Origin: Oscillospiraceae bacterium
GTDB lineage: Bacteria > Bacillota > Clostridia > Oscillospirales > CAG-272
Assembly: GCA_015064155.1 (NCBI GenBank)
Contig: SVST01000007.1
Coordinates: forward strand, 10,077-74,076
DNA length: 64,000 bases
Direction of reading: 5' to 3'
Shown: piece after piece, positions 30,028-40,363 of the stretch
How the letters are laid out: every line of letters begins with the position of its first letter
How positions within the stretch are numbered: the stretch's first letter is position 1
The notes under the pieces: generated by a model
Database searches by the model: none
Told to the model about the DNA's origin: nothing
The model's input: the letters and a program-made list of their open reading frames with translations, nothing else
Made by a program: the position numbers and the translations under genes

Positions 30028-31233
30028 ATGAAAACAAATGATCGTAAGGTTGGTACGGTTTCCCGCGGTATTCGTTGTCCGATTATTCGCGAAGGCGATG
30101 ATCTCGCTGCTATCGTAACCGATAGCGTTTTGGAAGCTGCTGAATCCGATGGCTTCTCTCTTTGTGACCGCGACGTCATTTCGATGACGGAGTCGATCGT
30201 TGCGCGTGCACAGGGGAACTATGCGACTGTTGATGATATTGCTGCCGATGTGAAGGCAAAGCTTGGCGGCGGAACGATTGGCGTTATTTTCCCGATCTTT
30301 TCAAGAAATCGCTTTTCGATTTGCTTGCGCGGAATTGCAAAGGGCGCAAAGAAGATCGTGCTGATGCTGGGATATCCCTCCGACGAGGTTGGAAACTCGA
30401 TGATCACCCTCGATCAGCTTGACGAGGCAGGCGTGAACCCCTATAGCGACGTTCTGACGCTGGAGCGTTACCGTGAACTGTTCGGAAACGATACCAAGCT
30501 GGAGTTTACGGGCGTTGACTACGTGGAATATTACGGCGAGCTGATTCGGTCCTGCGGTACCGAGGTGGAAATCATTTTTGCAAACCAAGCCAAAACGATC
30601 TTGAACTATACCGATTGTGTTCTGACTTGTGATATTCACACCCGTGCACGTACCAAGCGCATTCTGAAGGCTGCAGGTGCGAAGATCGTTTGCGGATTGG
30701 ACGATATTTTGAATGCTCCCGTGAACGGCAGCGGATGCAATGAGCAGTACGGTCTGCTTGGATCTAATAAGTCTACCGAGGATAAGGTAAAGCTGTTCCC
30801 GCGCTATTGTCAGCCTTTGGTAGAAGAGGTTCAGGCACGTATTCTGGAAAGAACCGGAAAGCACGTGGAGGTTATGGTCTACGGTGACGGTGCGTTCAAG
30901 GATCCCAAGGGAAAGATTTGGGAGCTGGCTGACCCCGTGGTATCTCCTGCCTTTACCGACGGCTTGATCGGTACGCCGAACGAATTGAAGCTGAAGTATC
31001 TTGCCGACAACGACTATAAGGATCTTTCGGGCGAGGCGCTGAAAAAGGCGATCTCCGAGAGCATTCGTTCCAAGGACGGTTCGTCTTTGGTTGGTAACAT
31101 GGCAGCGCAGGGTACAACTCCTCGCCAGCTCACCGACTTGATCGGTTCGCTGTGCGACCTGACCAGCGGATCGGGTGACAAGGGTACTCCCGTCGTTTTG
31201 GTGCAGGGCTACTTTGATAATTACACGAACTGA
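30028..31233 (+). CDS. CofE-like (F420-0:gamma-glutamyl ligase family) protein
   Basis: PIIREGDDL, DRDVISMTESIVARAQG, DLTSGSGDKGTPVVLVQG. Confidence 0.8.
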   Translation: MKTNDRKVGTVSRGIRCPIIREGDDLAAIVTDSVLEAAESDGFSLCDRDVISMTESIVARAQGNYATVDDIAADVKAKLGGGTIGVIFPIFSRNRFSICLRGIAKGAKKIVLMLGYPSDEVGNSMITLDQLDEAGVNPYSDVLTLERYRELFGNDTKLEFTGVDYVEYYGELIRSCGTEVEIIFANQAKTILNYTDCVLTCDIHTRARTKRILKAAGAKIVCGLDDILNAPVNGSGCNEQYGLLGSNKSTEDKVKLFPRYCQPLVEEVQARILERTGKHVEVMVYGDGAFKDPKGKIWELADPVVSPAFTDGLIGTPNELKLKYLADNDYKDLSGEALKKAISESIRSKDGSSLVGNMAAQGTTPRQLTDLIGSLCDLTSGSGDKGTPVVLVQGYFDNYTN

Positions 31234-31409
31234 TGAAACCAATCGGATCCTTTCTTTTGAGGGGATCCGATTTTTTTGGCGTTTTGTGGATAGGTTACGT
31301 GTTTTTTTCGTCTTTATATATTGTAATTTTGTAAAAGATATGGTATAATGAAACCAACTGTAGCAGGATATACGCTGCATGAGAAACGAAGAGAGGACGG
31401 ACAGACATC

Positions 31410-32297
31410 ATGAAAGGTATTATTTTAGCAGGCGGCGCAGGAACTCGATTGTACCCGTTGACGATGGTAACGTCAAAACAGCTATTACCGATCTATGACA
31501 AACCGATGATCTACTATCCGCTGTCTACCTTGATGCTTGCGGGGATCAAGGATATTCTGATTATTTCGACCCCTACGGATCTTCCCAATTTTGAACGCCT
31601 TTTGGGGGATGGCTCGCAGTACGGCGTCAGCTTGTCTTATAAGGTACAGCCATCGCCCGACGGCTTGGCGCAGGCATTCCTCATCGGTGAGGAGTTTATT
31701 GGCAACGATGCTTGTGCGATGGTGCTGGGAGATAATATTTTCTACGGAAACGGCTTTGGAAAAACGCTGCGTGCCGCAACCGCCAACGCAGAGGGAGAGG
31801 CAAGAGCTACCGTGTTTGGATATTACGTCAACGATCCCGAACGCTTTGGTATCGTGGAGTTTGATGCCAACGGTAAGGCAATCTCCTTGGAGGAGAAGCC
31901 AAAGCAGCCGAAGAGCAACTATGCGGTAACCGGTCTTTATTTCTATCCTGCCGGTGTGAGCGAAAAGGCAAAGACGGTAAAGCCATCGGCTCGCGGGGAA
32001 TTGGAGATCACCACGCTCAACGAAATGTATCTCAAGGAGGATTCCTTGGACGTTCAGCTTCTCGGCCGCGGCTTTGCTTGGCTGGATACGGGAACGATGG
32101 ACAGCTTGGCAGAAGCTACCGATTTCGTTCGCATGATTCAAAGCAGACAGGGAATCGAAATCTCCGCCCCCGAGGAAATTGCCTATAAAAACGGCTGGAT
32201 CACCAAGGAAGGTCTATTGCAATCAGCCGAAAAATACGGAAAATCTCCTTACGGACAGCATTTGAAGAATGTTGCCGACGGAAAATTCCAATACTGA
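31410..32297 (+). CDS. rfbA: Glucose-1-phosphate thymidylyltransferase
   Basis: [40 protein letters not shown]. Confidence 0.97.
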   Translation: MKGIILAGGAGTRLYPLTMVTSKQLLPIYDKPMIYYPLSTLMLAGIKDILIISTPTDLPNFERLLGDGSQYGVSLSYKVQPSPDGLAQAFLIGEEFIGNDACAMVLGDNIFYGNGFGKTLRAATANAEGEARATVFGYYVNDPERFGIVEFDANGKAISLEEKPKQPKSNYAVTGLYFYPAGVSEKAKTVKPSARGELEITTLNEMYLKEDSLDVQLLGRGFAWLDTGTMDSLAEATDFVRMIQSRQGIEISAPEEIAYKNGWITKEGLLQSAEKYGKSPYGQHLKNVADGKFQY

Positions 32298-32320
32298 TCA
32301 ATCGGAAAGGAAACGGAACT

Positions 32321-33340
32321 ATGACTATTATCGTAACCGGTGGAGCCGGATTTATCGGAAGCAACTTTGTGTTCCACATGTTGAAAAAGTATCCCGACTA
32401 CCGTATCGTTTGCTTGGATAAGCTGACTTATGCGGGCAATCTCTCAACCCTTGCGCCCGTAATGGACAACCCGAATTTCCGCTTCGTGAAAGCCGATATC
32501 TGTGACCGCAAGGCGGTGTACGGGCTGTTTGAAGAGGAGCATCCCGATATCGTGGTCAACTTTGCGGCAGAAAGCCACGTTGACCGTTCGATCGAAAATC
32601 CCGGTGTGTTCTTGGAAACCAACATCATGGGTACGGCTGTCATGATGGATGCTTGCCGTCAGTACGGCATCACGCGTTACCATCAGGTTTCTACCGACGA
32701 GGTGTACGGTGATCTTCCCCTGGATCGTCCCGATCTGTTTTTCACCGAGGAAACCCCGATTCACACCAGCAGCCCCTATTCGTCTTCCAAGGCGGGTGCC
32801 GATCTTTTGGTGCTGGCATACCACCGCACCTTTGGCTTGCCCGTAACCATCAGCCGTTGCTCGAACAACTACGGTCCTTATCATTTTCCCGAAAAGCTGA
32901 TTCCCCTGATGATCGCAAACGCGCTGAACGATAAGCCCTTGCCCGTTTACGGTGAGGGATTGAACGTTCGTGATTGGCTGTATGTGGAGGATCACTGTAA
33001 GGCAATCGATCTTATTATCCATAAGGGACGTGTCGGTGAGGTTTATAACATCGGCGGTCACAACGAGATGAAGAATATTGACATTGTCAAGATCATTTGC
33101 AAGGAGCTTGGAAAGCCCGAGTCGCTGATTACCTACGTAACCGACCGCAAGGGACACGATATGCGATATGCCATCGATCCCACCAAGATTCACAACGAGC
33201 TTGGCTGGCTGCCCGAAACCATGTTTGCCGACGGTATTAAGAAGACCATTCAGTGGTATCTTGACAACCGTGAATGGTGGGAAACCATTATTTCGGGTGA
33301 GTATCAGAACTACTATGAAAAAATGTACGGAAACCGTTGA
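32321..33340 (+). CDS. rfbB: dTDP-glucose 4,6-dehydratase
   Basis: TGGAGFIG, AAESHVDRSI, STDEVYG, YSSSK. Confidence 0.97.
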   Translation: MTIIVTGGAGFIGSNFVFHMLKKYPDYRIVCLDKLTYAGNLSTLAPVMDNPNFRFVKADICDRKAVYGLFEEEHPDIVVNFAAESHVDRSIENPGVFLETNIMGTAVMMDACRQYGITRYHQVSTDEVYGDLPLDRPDLFFTEETPIHTSSPYSSSKAGADLLVLAYHRTFGLPVTISRCSNNYGPYHFPEKLIPLMIANALNDKPLPVYGEGLNVRDWLYVEDHCKAIDLIIHKGRVGEVYNIGGHNEMKNIDIVKIICKELGKPESLITYVTDRKGHDMRYAIDPTKIHNELGWLPETMFADGIKKTIQWYLDNREWWETIISGEYQNYYEKMYGNR

Positions 33341-33352
33341 GTGAGGTCGTAT

Positions 33353-33943
33353 ATGGGACAGATTCAAGTACAGAAGAACGTAGGCGGGATCGAGGGACTT
33401 TGCATCATTGAGCCTGCCGTACACGGTGATAACCGCGGCTATTTTATGGAAACCTACAACCAAAACGATATGCACGAGGCGGGTCTTGACATGGTATTCG
33501 TGCAGGACAATCAAAGCATGTCGGTAAAGGGCGTGTTGCGTGGCTTGCATTTCCAGAAGCAGTATGCGCAAGGCAAGCTGGTTCGTGTCATCAAGGGTGC
33601 CGTATTTGACGTTGCCGTTGATTTGCGAGAGGGCAGCGAAACCTTTGGAAAGTGGTACGGTGTTGAATTGACCGCTGAAAATCATAAGCAGTTTTATATT
33701 CCCGAGGGCTTTGCACACGGTTTTTTGGTGTTGAGCGATACGGCTGAATTTTGCTATAAGTGTACCGATTTCTACCACCCCGGTGACGAAGGCGGTTTGG
33801 CTTGGAATGACCCGAAGATCGGGATCAAATGGCCGGAGCTTGTGGGAGAATATCGCGGAAGTGCGTCTGCAGACGGATACAGAATGGCGGACGGAACTCC
33901 CTTGAATATGAGTGAGAAGGATCAAAAATGGATGGGCATTTGA
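33353..33943 (+). CDS. rfbC: dTDP-4-dehydrorhamnose 3,5-epimerase
   Basis: DNRGYF, GVLRGLHFQ, DVAVDLR, GFAHGF. Confidence 0.97.
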   Translation: MGQIQVQKNVGGIEGLCIIEPAVHGDNRGYFMETYNQNDMHEAGLDMVFVQDNQSMSVKGVLRGLHFQKQYAQGKLVRVIKGAVFDVAVDLREGSETFGKWYGVELTAENHKQFYIPEGFAHGFLVLSDTAEFCYKCTDFYHPGDEGGLAWNDPKIGIKWPELVGEYRGSASADGYRMADGTPLNMSEKDQKWMGI

Positions 33944-34218
33944 CACCGAAGTCCATCATCGCAGCTATTACGCTGCTGTTGACGGCAAGCCTTTTTTGTG
34001 GGTGTATCCATTACGAAAGGCGTCCCGAGGAAACCACGGGGAATCCGGGGGTGAGTACTCCGATTTCTACGGAACAGCTTACCGCAGATTCCGAACCCGT
34101 GACCGAGCCGCCGTCTTCTACCGAGTCACCGACAAGCGAATCCTTTTCCACCGCAGTGCCAACCGATGAAAACGGCTTTCCAAACGGCACCGAGGATGAC
34201 GCTACGAAGCGATATTAA
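33928..34218 (+). CDS. Small acidic S/T/P/E-rich lipoprotein
   Basis: Hydrophobic stretch plus FCGC lipobox; overlaps rfbC end; start codon uncertain. Confidence 0.55.
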   Translation: MDGHLTPKSIIAAITLLLTASLFCGCIHYERRPEETTGNPGVSTPISTEQLTADSEPVTEPPSSTESPTSESFSTAVPTDENGFPNGTEDDATKRY

Positions 34219-34379
34219 GCAAAACACAAATAAACGAGATGCGGTTGCCCCTCGCCTTCCGATGCGTGTCGATTGGGCGAAGGGCACCGTTTTCTTTGAA
34301 AGAAAGGCAAGACCGAGCCGCTTGGCAAAACGAAACGGCAAACGGCGCGGTGTTTCCTTTCTCTCGGAAAGGAGCTTTC

Positions 34380-35684
34380 TTGAAACCGATTTTGAAATCC
34401 GTAACACAGTCGCTTTCCTTGCGTGTGTTGCCAACCGACCGATTCAAGGCGGGGATGCTGTCGCTGTCGGCAGTGTTGCCGATTACAGCGGAAACAACCC
34501 CGATGACCTCTCTTTTGCTGTCGGTTCTTTTGCGCGGAACAGAAAAATATCCAACCCTTGAGGCAATCAACCGCCGCTTGGACTATTTGTTTGGAACCGA
34601 GCTGACAATTCGCAATTTTTATCGCGGGGACGCACAGGTGATCGGTTTTTCGGCGGAGCTGTTGGACGTTGCGTATCTGGCAGGGGAGGATCCGACGCGT
34701 GAAATTTTGGACGTTGTAGATCAGATTTTGTTCCATCCCCTGCTGGATGAAAACGGATATTTGACCGAAAAATACGTGGAGAGCGAGAAAAAATTGCAAT
34801 GCGATTCGATTCGGTCGATCAAAAATAATCCGCGTGTCTATGCCGCGGAACGGATACGCGCGCTGTTGTATGAGGGGCAACCGTGCGGAGTTCCTGCTTA
34901 CGGTACGGAACAGGCAATCATGGCGATTACTCCCGAAGTATTGACGGCGCATTGGAGAAATCTTGTCAAAAATCTGACGCTTGATTGCTTTTATATCGGG
35001 TCTATGGATACGGACCGACTTGCAGAGCATCTGTCGGCAACGCTGGGAACCTCCTTGACCGCTTCGCATACCGCGTATCCAACCGTTTGCTCGTCGGTTC
35101 CACTGCCCAAAGCACCAAGGACCGTTTCCGAAACGATTGAAGCGGGGCAAAGTCATTTGCTGCTTGCCTACCGATCCTCTTTGACGCTGAACGACGCGCG
35201 GCATGCCGCATGTATGGTGTTCAACGAGATGCTTGGAGCATCGCCCGTATCGCGATTGTTTGTTTACGTGCGGGAAAAGCTTTCCCTTTGCTATAGTTGT
35301 TCTTCCTCCTACCGCCCGATGAAGGGAACCTTGCAGATTGCCTGCGGCTTGCATCGCGACAATCGGGAGGTGGCAGAGGCAGAGATCAAAAAGCAGATGG
35401 AAGACTTGATATGCGGAAGCTTTTCGGATGCCGAGCTGGAGGCGGCGAAAAAGTCGCTCCGCCATTTTTTGCGACAGTCGGAGGACAGTCCTGCGGCATT
35501 GGAAAGCTTCTATTACAACCGTGCGCTTACGCAAAATGAAACGACGTTGGATGATTTGCGTCGGGCAATCGAAGCCGTTACACGGGAAGATGTGACGGAG
35601 GTGGCAAGAGCTTTTTCTTTGCACACGGTTTATTTCTTGGAGGGTACTTTGAACGAGGAGGACGACGTTGATGAAGAAGACTGA
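34380..35684 (+). CDS. M16 peptidase-family protein, inactive YmfF type
   Basis: LLRGTEKYP, SRLFVYVREKLSLCY; no HxxEH; TTG start after AAGGAG. Confidence 0.85.
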   Translation: MKPILKSVTQSLSLRVLPTDRFKAGMLSLSAVLPITAETTPMTSLLLSVLLRGTEKYPTLEAINRRLDYLFGTELTIRNFYRGDAQVIGFSAELLDVAYLAGEDPTREILDVVDQILFHPLLDENGYLTEKYVESEKKLQCDSIRSIKNNPRVYAAERIRALLYEGQPCGVPAYGTEQAIMAITPEVLTAHWRNLVKNLTLDCFYIGSMDTDRLAEHLSATLGTSLTASHTAYPTVCSSVPLPKAPRTVSETIEAGQSHLLLAYRSSLTLNDARHAACMVFNEMLGASPVSRLFVYVREKLSLCYSCSSSYRPMKGTLQIACGLHRDNREVAEAEIKKQMEDLICGSFSDAELEAAKKSLRHFLRQSEDSPAALESFYYNRALTQNETTLDDLRRAIEAVTREDVTEVARAFSLHTVYFLEGTLNEEDDVDEED

Positions 35685-36963
35685 ATTCTCTTCGGCTCTT
35701 TTGCGGGAGCGTTATATCAAATTTACGCACCCCTCGGGACTTCCCATTTACGTGTTCCCAAAAAAAATGACAACCACGTTTGCTTATTTTGCCGTACGCT
35801 ACGGGTCGCAGAACTGTGAATGGGTGGATGCCTCGGGAAATCCGATGCGAGACCCCGACGGAGTGGCGCATTTTTTGGAGCATAAGCTGTTTGAAAATGA
35901 GGATGGATCGGATGCCTTTGCCCGTTTTTCCGAGCTGGGAGCCGATGCCAATGCTTATACCTCCTACGATCGCACTGCCTATCTTTGCAGCTGTACCGAA
36001 AACGTCGAGGACGTGCTGGCGGAGCTGTTACACTTCGTGACGCACCCGCATTTTACCGATGCATCGGTCAAGAAGGAGCAGGGAATCATTGCCGAGGAAA
36101 TCCGTATGTATGAGGACAATCCTTGGGAGCGTTGCTATCAAAACTTGTTGAAATTGCTTTACCGCAAGCACCCCGTTCGAAAAAACATTTGCGGAACGCA
36201 GTCGTCGATTCGAAAAATCACCCCCGAGCTTTTGTATGCGTGCTACAACCGCTTCTACGCACCCGAAAATATGGTGCTGATCGTTTGTGGGGACGTCGCT
36301 CCCGAAACGGTACTGGCTGTTGTCGACCGCGCACTGCCGCAAGAATTTCTTTTGCGTCGGGCAACGGGCTTGCGTGTTCCGCGAGAAACCGGAGCCGTGG
36401 CAGGCTCGTATGCCGAGATTTCTATGCCGATTTCAAAGCCCATTTACGCGATCGGCATCAAGGACGGAGTGCTTGGAGGTACACCGAACGAGCGTCTTCG
36501 CTTGGAGCTTTGTCACGCGATGCTGGACGAAATTCTGTTTTCACGCTCGGGTCATTTTTACAACGATCTGTTTGAACGCGGCATTTTGACACCGTCCTAT
36601 TCTTCGGGGTATTCGGTGGGAGATGGATTCTCCTTTTACTCCTTGGAGGGCGAAGCCGATGATCCGCAAGCGGTGCTTGACGAATTGAAGTCCTATCTTG
36701 CCTCGGTTTGCAAAAATGGCATTGCCGATGAGGATTTTGAGCGTGCGCGACGCGTTTTGTATGCGGACGAGGTTTGTACCTACGATTCCACCGAGGAAAT
36801 TGCAACACGTCTTTTGACCTTTGCTTTCGAGGGAACCGAGCTGTTCTCGTGTCCCGCGCTGCTGCAGAAGATCTCCAAGAAAGAATTGGAGGAGCTGCTA
36901 CGCGCAACCGTTTTTGAAAATCGATTCTCACTTTCGGTGGTTTTGCCGTCCGAAAGTCACTAA
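35671..36963 (+). CDS. M16 peptidase, YmfH type
   Basis: GVAHFLEHKLFE, ANAYTS, KEQGIIAEEIRMYED. Confidence 0.9.
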   Translation: MKKTEFSSALLRERYIKFTHPSGLPIYVFPKKMTTTFAYFAVRYGSQNCEWVDASGNPMRDPDGVAHFLEHKLFENEDGSDAFARFSELGADANAYTSYDRTAYLCSCTENVEDVLAELLHFVTHPHFTDASVKKEQGIIAEEIRMYEDNPWERCYQNLLKLLYRKHPVRKNICGTQSSIRKITPELLYACYNRFYAPENMVLIVCGDVAPETVLAVVDRALPQEFLLRRATGLRVPRETGAVAGSYAEISMPISKPIYAIGIKDGVLGGTPNERLRLELCHAMLDEILFSRSGHFYNDLFERGILTPSYSSGYSVGDGFSFYSLEGEADDPQAVLDELKSYLASVCKNGIADEDFERARRVLYADEVCTYDSTEEIATRLLTFAFEGTELFSCPALLQKISKKELEELLRATVFENRFSLSVVLPSESH

Positions 36964-36987
36964 ATTTACAAGAAAGAGGGATGTATT

Positions 36988-38040
36988 ATGCCTGCGTATT
37001 ACGCTGCAACAACGTATATAGACCCGACGACCATCTCTTTCCCGGGGCTTGGGATCGATCCCTTCACCGTGGATAAAATTGCCTTTTCGATTGGAAAGGT
37101 TGAAGTGCGTTGGTACGGAATTCTCATCACGATCGGAATCGTGCTTGCCTTTTTGTATGCCGCATGGCGCGGTAAACGAAACGAGGGCATCATCTTTGAC
37201 GACGTCATTGATATCGGTTTGGTGACCGTGCTTCTCGGTGTGCTGGGGGCGCGCTTGTATTACGTGCTCACAACCTTAGACGAGGGCTATTATCACAATT
37301 TGATCGACGTTTTCGCCGTTTGGGACGGTGGTCTTGCCATTTACGGCGGTATCATCGGCGGATGTACGGGTATTTTCGTGGCTTGCAAGGTCAAGAAATT
37401 GAAGTGGCGTCGCGCCTTTGATATGATTGCTCCGGGTGTAATGATCGCGCAGGCTCTTGGCCGTTGGGGGAACTTCTTCAACGGAGAAGCGTACGGAAGT
37501 CCTATTTTTGACAAAACCGCGTATTATTTCTTCAATACCGAGCACGCGCTTGCCTCCGGCAAGGGAACGATTTTTCACACGCTGCGTATGGGAGTTTCGC
37601 ACGCTGTTACACCCGTGCAAACGGTGTTCTTTCATCCCACGTTCTTTTACGAATGCGTTTGGAATATCGTTGGCTTTATTTTGATCAATCTGTTTTATAA
37701 GCGAAAGAAATACGACGGACAGATCGCGCTTCTGTACTTTACCTGGTACGGCTTTGGCAGAATGTTTATTGAAGGCTTCCGAACCGACAGCCTCTATATT
37801 CCCGGTACGACGACGTGGCGTATTTCGCAATGCTTGGGACTTTTGTGCTTTGGAGTGGGACTTACGCTTTTGCTGGTCTTTTTCTTCCGCAAAACGAGAG
37901 AACCTGTGTTTGCGGCGGTAGAAACGTCGGCAGTGCAACCCCATGCCGAGGAAACGTCCGACAACGAGCAACCGATCAATGAAGTTGAACAAAACGATAC
38001 GAATGAAAAGGAGAACCAAAACAATGGCAATGCTGATTGA
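36988..38040 (+). CDS. lgt: Prolipoprotein diacylglyceryl transferase
   Basis: [47 protein letters not shown]. Confidence 0.95.
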   Translation: MPAYYAATTYIDPTTISFPGLGIDPFTVDKIAFSIGKVEVRWYGILITIGIVLAFLYAAWRGKRNEGIIFDDVIDIGLVTVLLGVLGARLYYVLTTLDEGYYHNLIDVFAVWDGGLAIYGGIIGGCTGIFVACKVKKLKWRRAFDMIAPGVMIAQALGRWGNFFNGEAYGSPIFDKTAYYFFNTEHALASGKGTIFHTLRMGVSHAVTPVQTVFFHPTFFYECVWNIVGFILINLFYKRKKYDGQIALLYFTWYGFGRMFIEGFRTDSLYIPGTTTWRISQCLGLLCFGVGLTLLLVFFFRKTREPVFAAVETSAVQPHAEETSDNEQPINEVEQNDTNEKENQNNGNAD

Positions 38041-38866
38041 CGGGAAAAGAATTTCTGCTCTCGTTCGCGAAGAGATCAAAGAAAAAACTGCCGCGTTGAA
38101 GACTGAAAAGGGAATTGTTCCCGGTCTTGCGGTGATTATCGTGGGCGAAGACCCTGCGTCGCAGGTATACGTACGGAACAAGGCGCGAGCTTGTGAGGAG
38201 GTCGGATTTTATTCCGAGGTTTACCGCTTGCCCGCAGAAACCACCCAAGAGGAGTTGAACGCGCTGGTTGATTCGCTCAATGTAAACGACGCGATCCACG
38301 GAATTTTGGTACAGCTTCCGCTTCCCAAGCATTTGGATGAAACCGACGTGCTGTTGCGCATCAATCCCGATAAGGACGTGGATGCGTTCCATCCGTACAA
38401 CGTGGGGAATATCATGATCGGTGACTATCGCTTCCTGCCTTGCACCCCCGCGGGTGTGATGGAGCTGTTGAAGCGGAGCAATATCGATCCTGCAGGAAAG
38501 AAGTGCGTGGTGATCGGACGCTCCAATATCGTCGGAAAGCCGATGGCAATGCTTCTTTTGCACGCAAACGGTACGGTGACGATTTGTCACAGCCGCACCA
38601 AGGATTTGGCGGCAGTTTGCCGTGAAGCCGATATTTTGGTGGTTGCGATCGGACGTGCCGATTTTGTTGGCGCGGATATGGTCAAGCCGGGCGCGGTTGT
38701 GATCGACGTCGGTATGAATCGTCGTGAGGACGGAAAGCTGACGGGCGACGTCAATTTCTCCGAGGTTGAGCCGATTGCATCTGCAATCACACCGGTTCCG
38801 GGCGGAGTTGGTCCCATGACCATCACGATGCTGTTGCAGAATACGTTCACCGCTGCGAACAAATAA
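38024..38866 (+). CDS. folD: Methylene-THF dehydrogenase/cyclohydrolase
   Basis: [42 protein letters not shown]. Confidence 0.97.
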   Translation: MAMLIDGKRISALVREEIKEKTAALKTEKGIVPGLAVIIVGEDPASQVYVRNKARACEEVGFYSEVYRLPAETTQEELNALVDSLNVNDAIHGILVQLPLPKHLDETDVLLRINPDKDVDAFHPYNVGNIMIGDYRFLPCTPAGVMELLKRSNIDPAGKKCVVIGRSNIVGKPMAMLLLHANGTVTICHSRTKDLAAVCREADILVVAIGRADFVGADMVKPGAVVIDVGMNRREDGKLTGDVNFSEVEPIASAITPVPGGVGPMTITMLLQNTFTAANK

Positions 38867-38881
38867 TCCCCAATAAAACAG

Positions 38882-38921
38882 AACCGCCCCACCGCGCATA
38901 GAGTTGCGCGGTGGGGCGGTT
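38882..38921. terminator. Bidirectional terminator
   Basis: AACCGCCCCACCGCGCA-N6-TGCGCGGTGGGGCGGTT. Confidence 0.8.
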
Positions 38922-38925
38922 TTCG

Positions 38926-39672
38926 CTACATTGAAGCATTCCGAAATTCGGAGGGGGAGGTCAGTGTATGCTTTTTGAAAAAGTTGCTGAAGTAATATTC
39001 GTTCTCAAATCCGCAGGTATAGGCAATCTCCTTGATGGGAAGAGCCGTTTCGGAGAGCAGCTGTTTCGCCTTTTGCAGTCGAAGCACCGCAAGATACTCG
39101 GAGGGATTCATTCCCGTATATTGCTTGAAGCACCGCAGGAACTGTACGTAGGACAGCTCTGCTTCCTTGGCAAGCTCGGACAAGAGCAGCTTTTTGTGAA
39201 GACTCTCGCTGATTTTAACAATTACCCGTTCGATTCTCGCGTCACGCACGGCAAGCTCGTTCATTTGCGTTGCATTTTCAATGGCATATTGGGTGACGAT
39301 ATCCGAAAACAGTGAGCAACGCATGGAAAATTCCTCTTTGAACACACCCGTGTCCAGCTTTTCCAAAAGAGCAATCGTCGATTGAATTCTGGCAGTATCG
39401 GAAAAGGTGATCTTATCCTGCAAAAAAATCGGGGTATCGGAACGGTACCGAAAAAAATACATGGTCACGGGAGTGATGATCTTGCGTTCGTACAAGACGT
39501 TTTTTCGAAACAGTGCGCCTTCGCCGGCACCTACCGTGATCGGCTCGCCGTCAAAGGAAAAGGTAAAGCTTCCCGATTTTACCAGCGCAAAGATATCGTC
39601 GGAGCCGAGATATCGCTCCATTTGAAATTCTTCTCGGTAAATTCGAAGATTGACAAGTAATTGTACGGACAT
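38926..39672 (-). CDS. AraC-family regulator
   Basis: FKQYTGMNPSEYL, IAYTCGFENEYYFSNFFKK. Confidence 0.9.
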   Translation of the reverse strand: MSVQLLVNLRIYREEFQMERYLGSDDIFALVKSGSFTFSFDGEPITVGAGEGALFRKNVLYERKIITPVTMYFFRYRSDTPIFLQDKITFSDTARIQSTIALLEKLDTGVFKEEFSMRCSLFSDIVTQYAIENATQMNELAVRDARIERVIVKISESLHKKLLLSELAKEAELSYVQFLRCFKQYTGMNPSEYLAVLRLQKAKQLLSETALPIKEIAYTCGFENEYYFSNFFKKHTLTSPSEFRNASM

Positions 39673-39700
39673 ACGCTTCTCCTCGCTTCAATGGCGGTTT

Positions 39701-40363
39701 TTATTGGTTGTCGACGGTGTGACGCCTTGCAATTTCGGTGTGCAGGCGTGCGTTTTCGGTGATCTTTTCAAAGCAGCCGCCCTCGGCAAGCTCCTTGGTG
39801 ACGATGGTTGCACCTGCCGCAACGGCAACGGCACCCGTGTTTAAAAAGGCATCCACGGTATCGGGATTGATACCGCCGGTAGGAATGAACGGGATATGCG
39901 AAAGCGGTGACATGACGTTTTTGAGGTATCCGATCTCGTGGGGAGCTACGGGGAAGATCTTAACGATATCGGCACCCATTTCGTACGCGTGCAAAATCTC
40001 GGTGGGGGTATATGCCCCGGGGATGGCAAGCATTCCGTTGGCTTTTGTATAGGCAATGACCGATTCTTTGGTGCAGGGAGAAACGATGAATTCTGCGCCT
40101 GCCTCGTGTGCGGCACGTGCAAAGTCCTCGGAGATCACCGTTCCCGCACCAACCGATACCGAGTCCCCGTACAGCTCCTTGACCGTGCGGATAATTGCTT
40201 GCGTGTCGGCAACGGTGGAGGCAAGACTCGGATTAAAGGTGACTTCAAAAATACGCACACCGCCTTCGTACATGGCGCGCACCGTATCAGCCGCTACCGC
40301 AGGGGAGATGTGCCGAAGGATTCCGATGAATTTGTAGGTTTTGATAAATTCCATGGAAGTCAT
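39701..40363 (-). CDS. KDPG/KHG-family aldolase
   Basis: GILR, FEVTF, VGAGTV, TPTEI, VKIFP, PTGG. Confidence 0.9.
   Translation of the reverse strand: MTSMEFIKTYKFIGILRHISPAVAADTVRAMYEGGVRIFEVTFNPSLASTVADTQAIIRTVKELYGDSVSVGAGTVISEDFARAAHEAGAEFIVSPCTKESVIAYTKANGMLAIPGAYTPTEILHAYEMGADIVKIFPVAPHEIGYLKNVMSPLSHIPFIPTGGINPDTVDAFLNTGAVAVAAGATIVTKELAEGGCFEKITENARLHTEIARRHTVDNQ

Noticed and set aside
32444-33946. Long antisense ORFs over rfbBC (similar ones over guaA, SIS/YjbQ, folD, rimO)
   Set aside because: They overlap clearly recognisable genes and have no protein features
34380-35684. M16 protein lacking HxxEH as a pseudogene or novelty
   Set aside because: An inactive-plus-active YmfF/YmfH pair is the normal Firmicute arrangement
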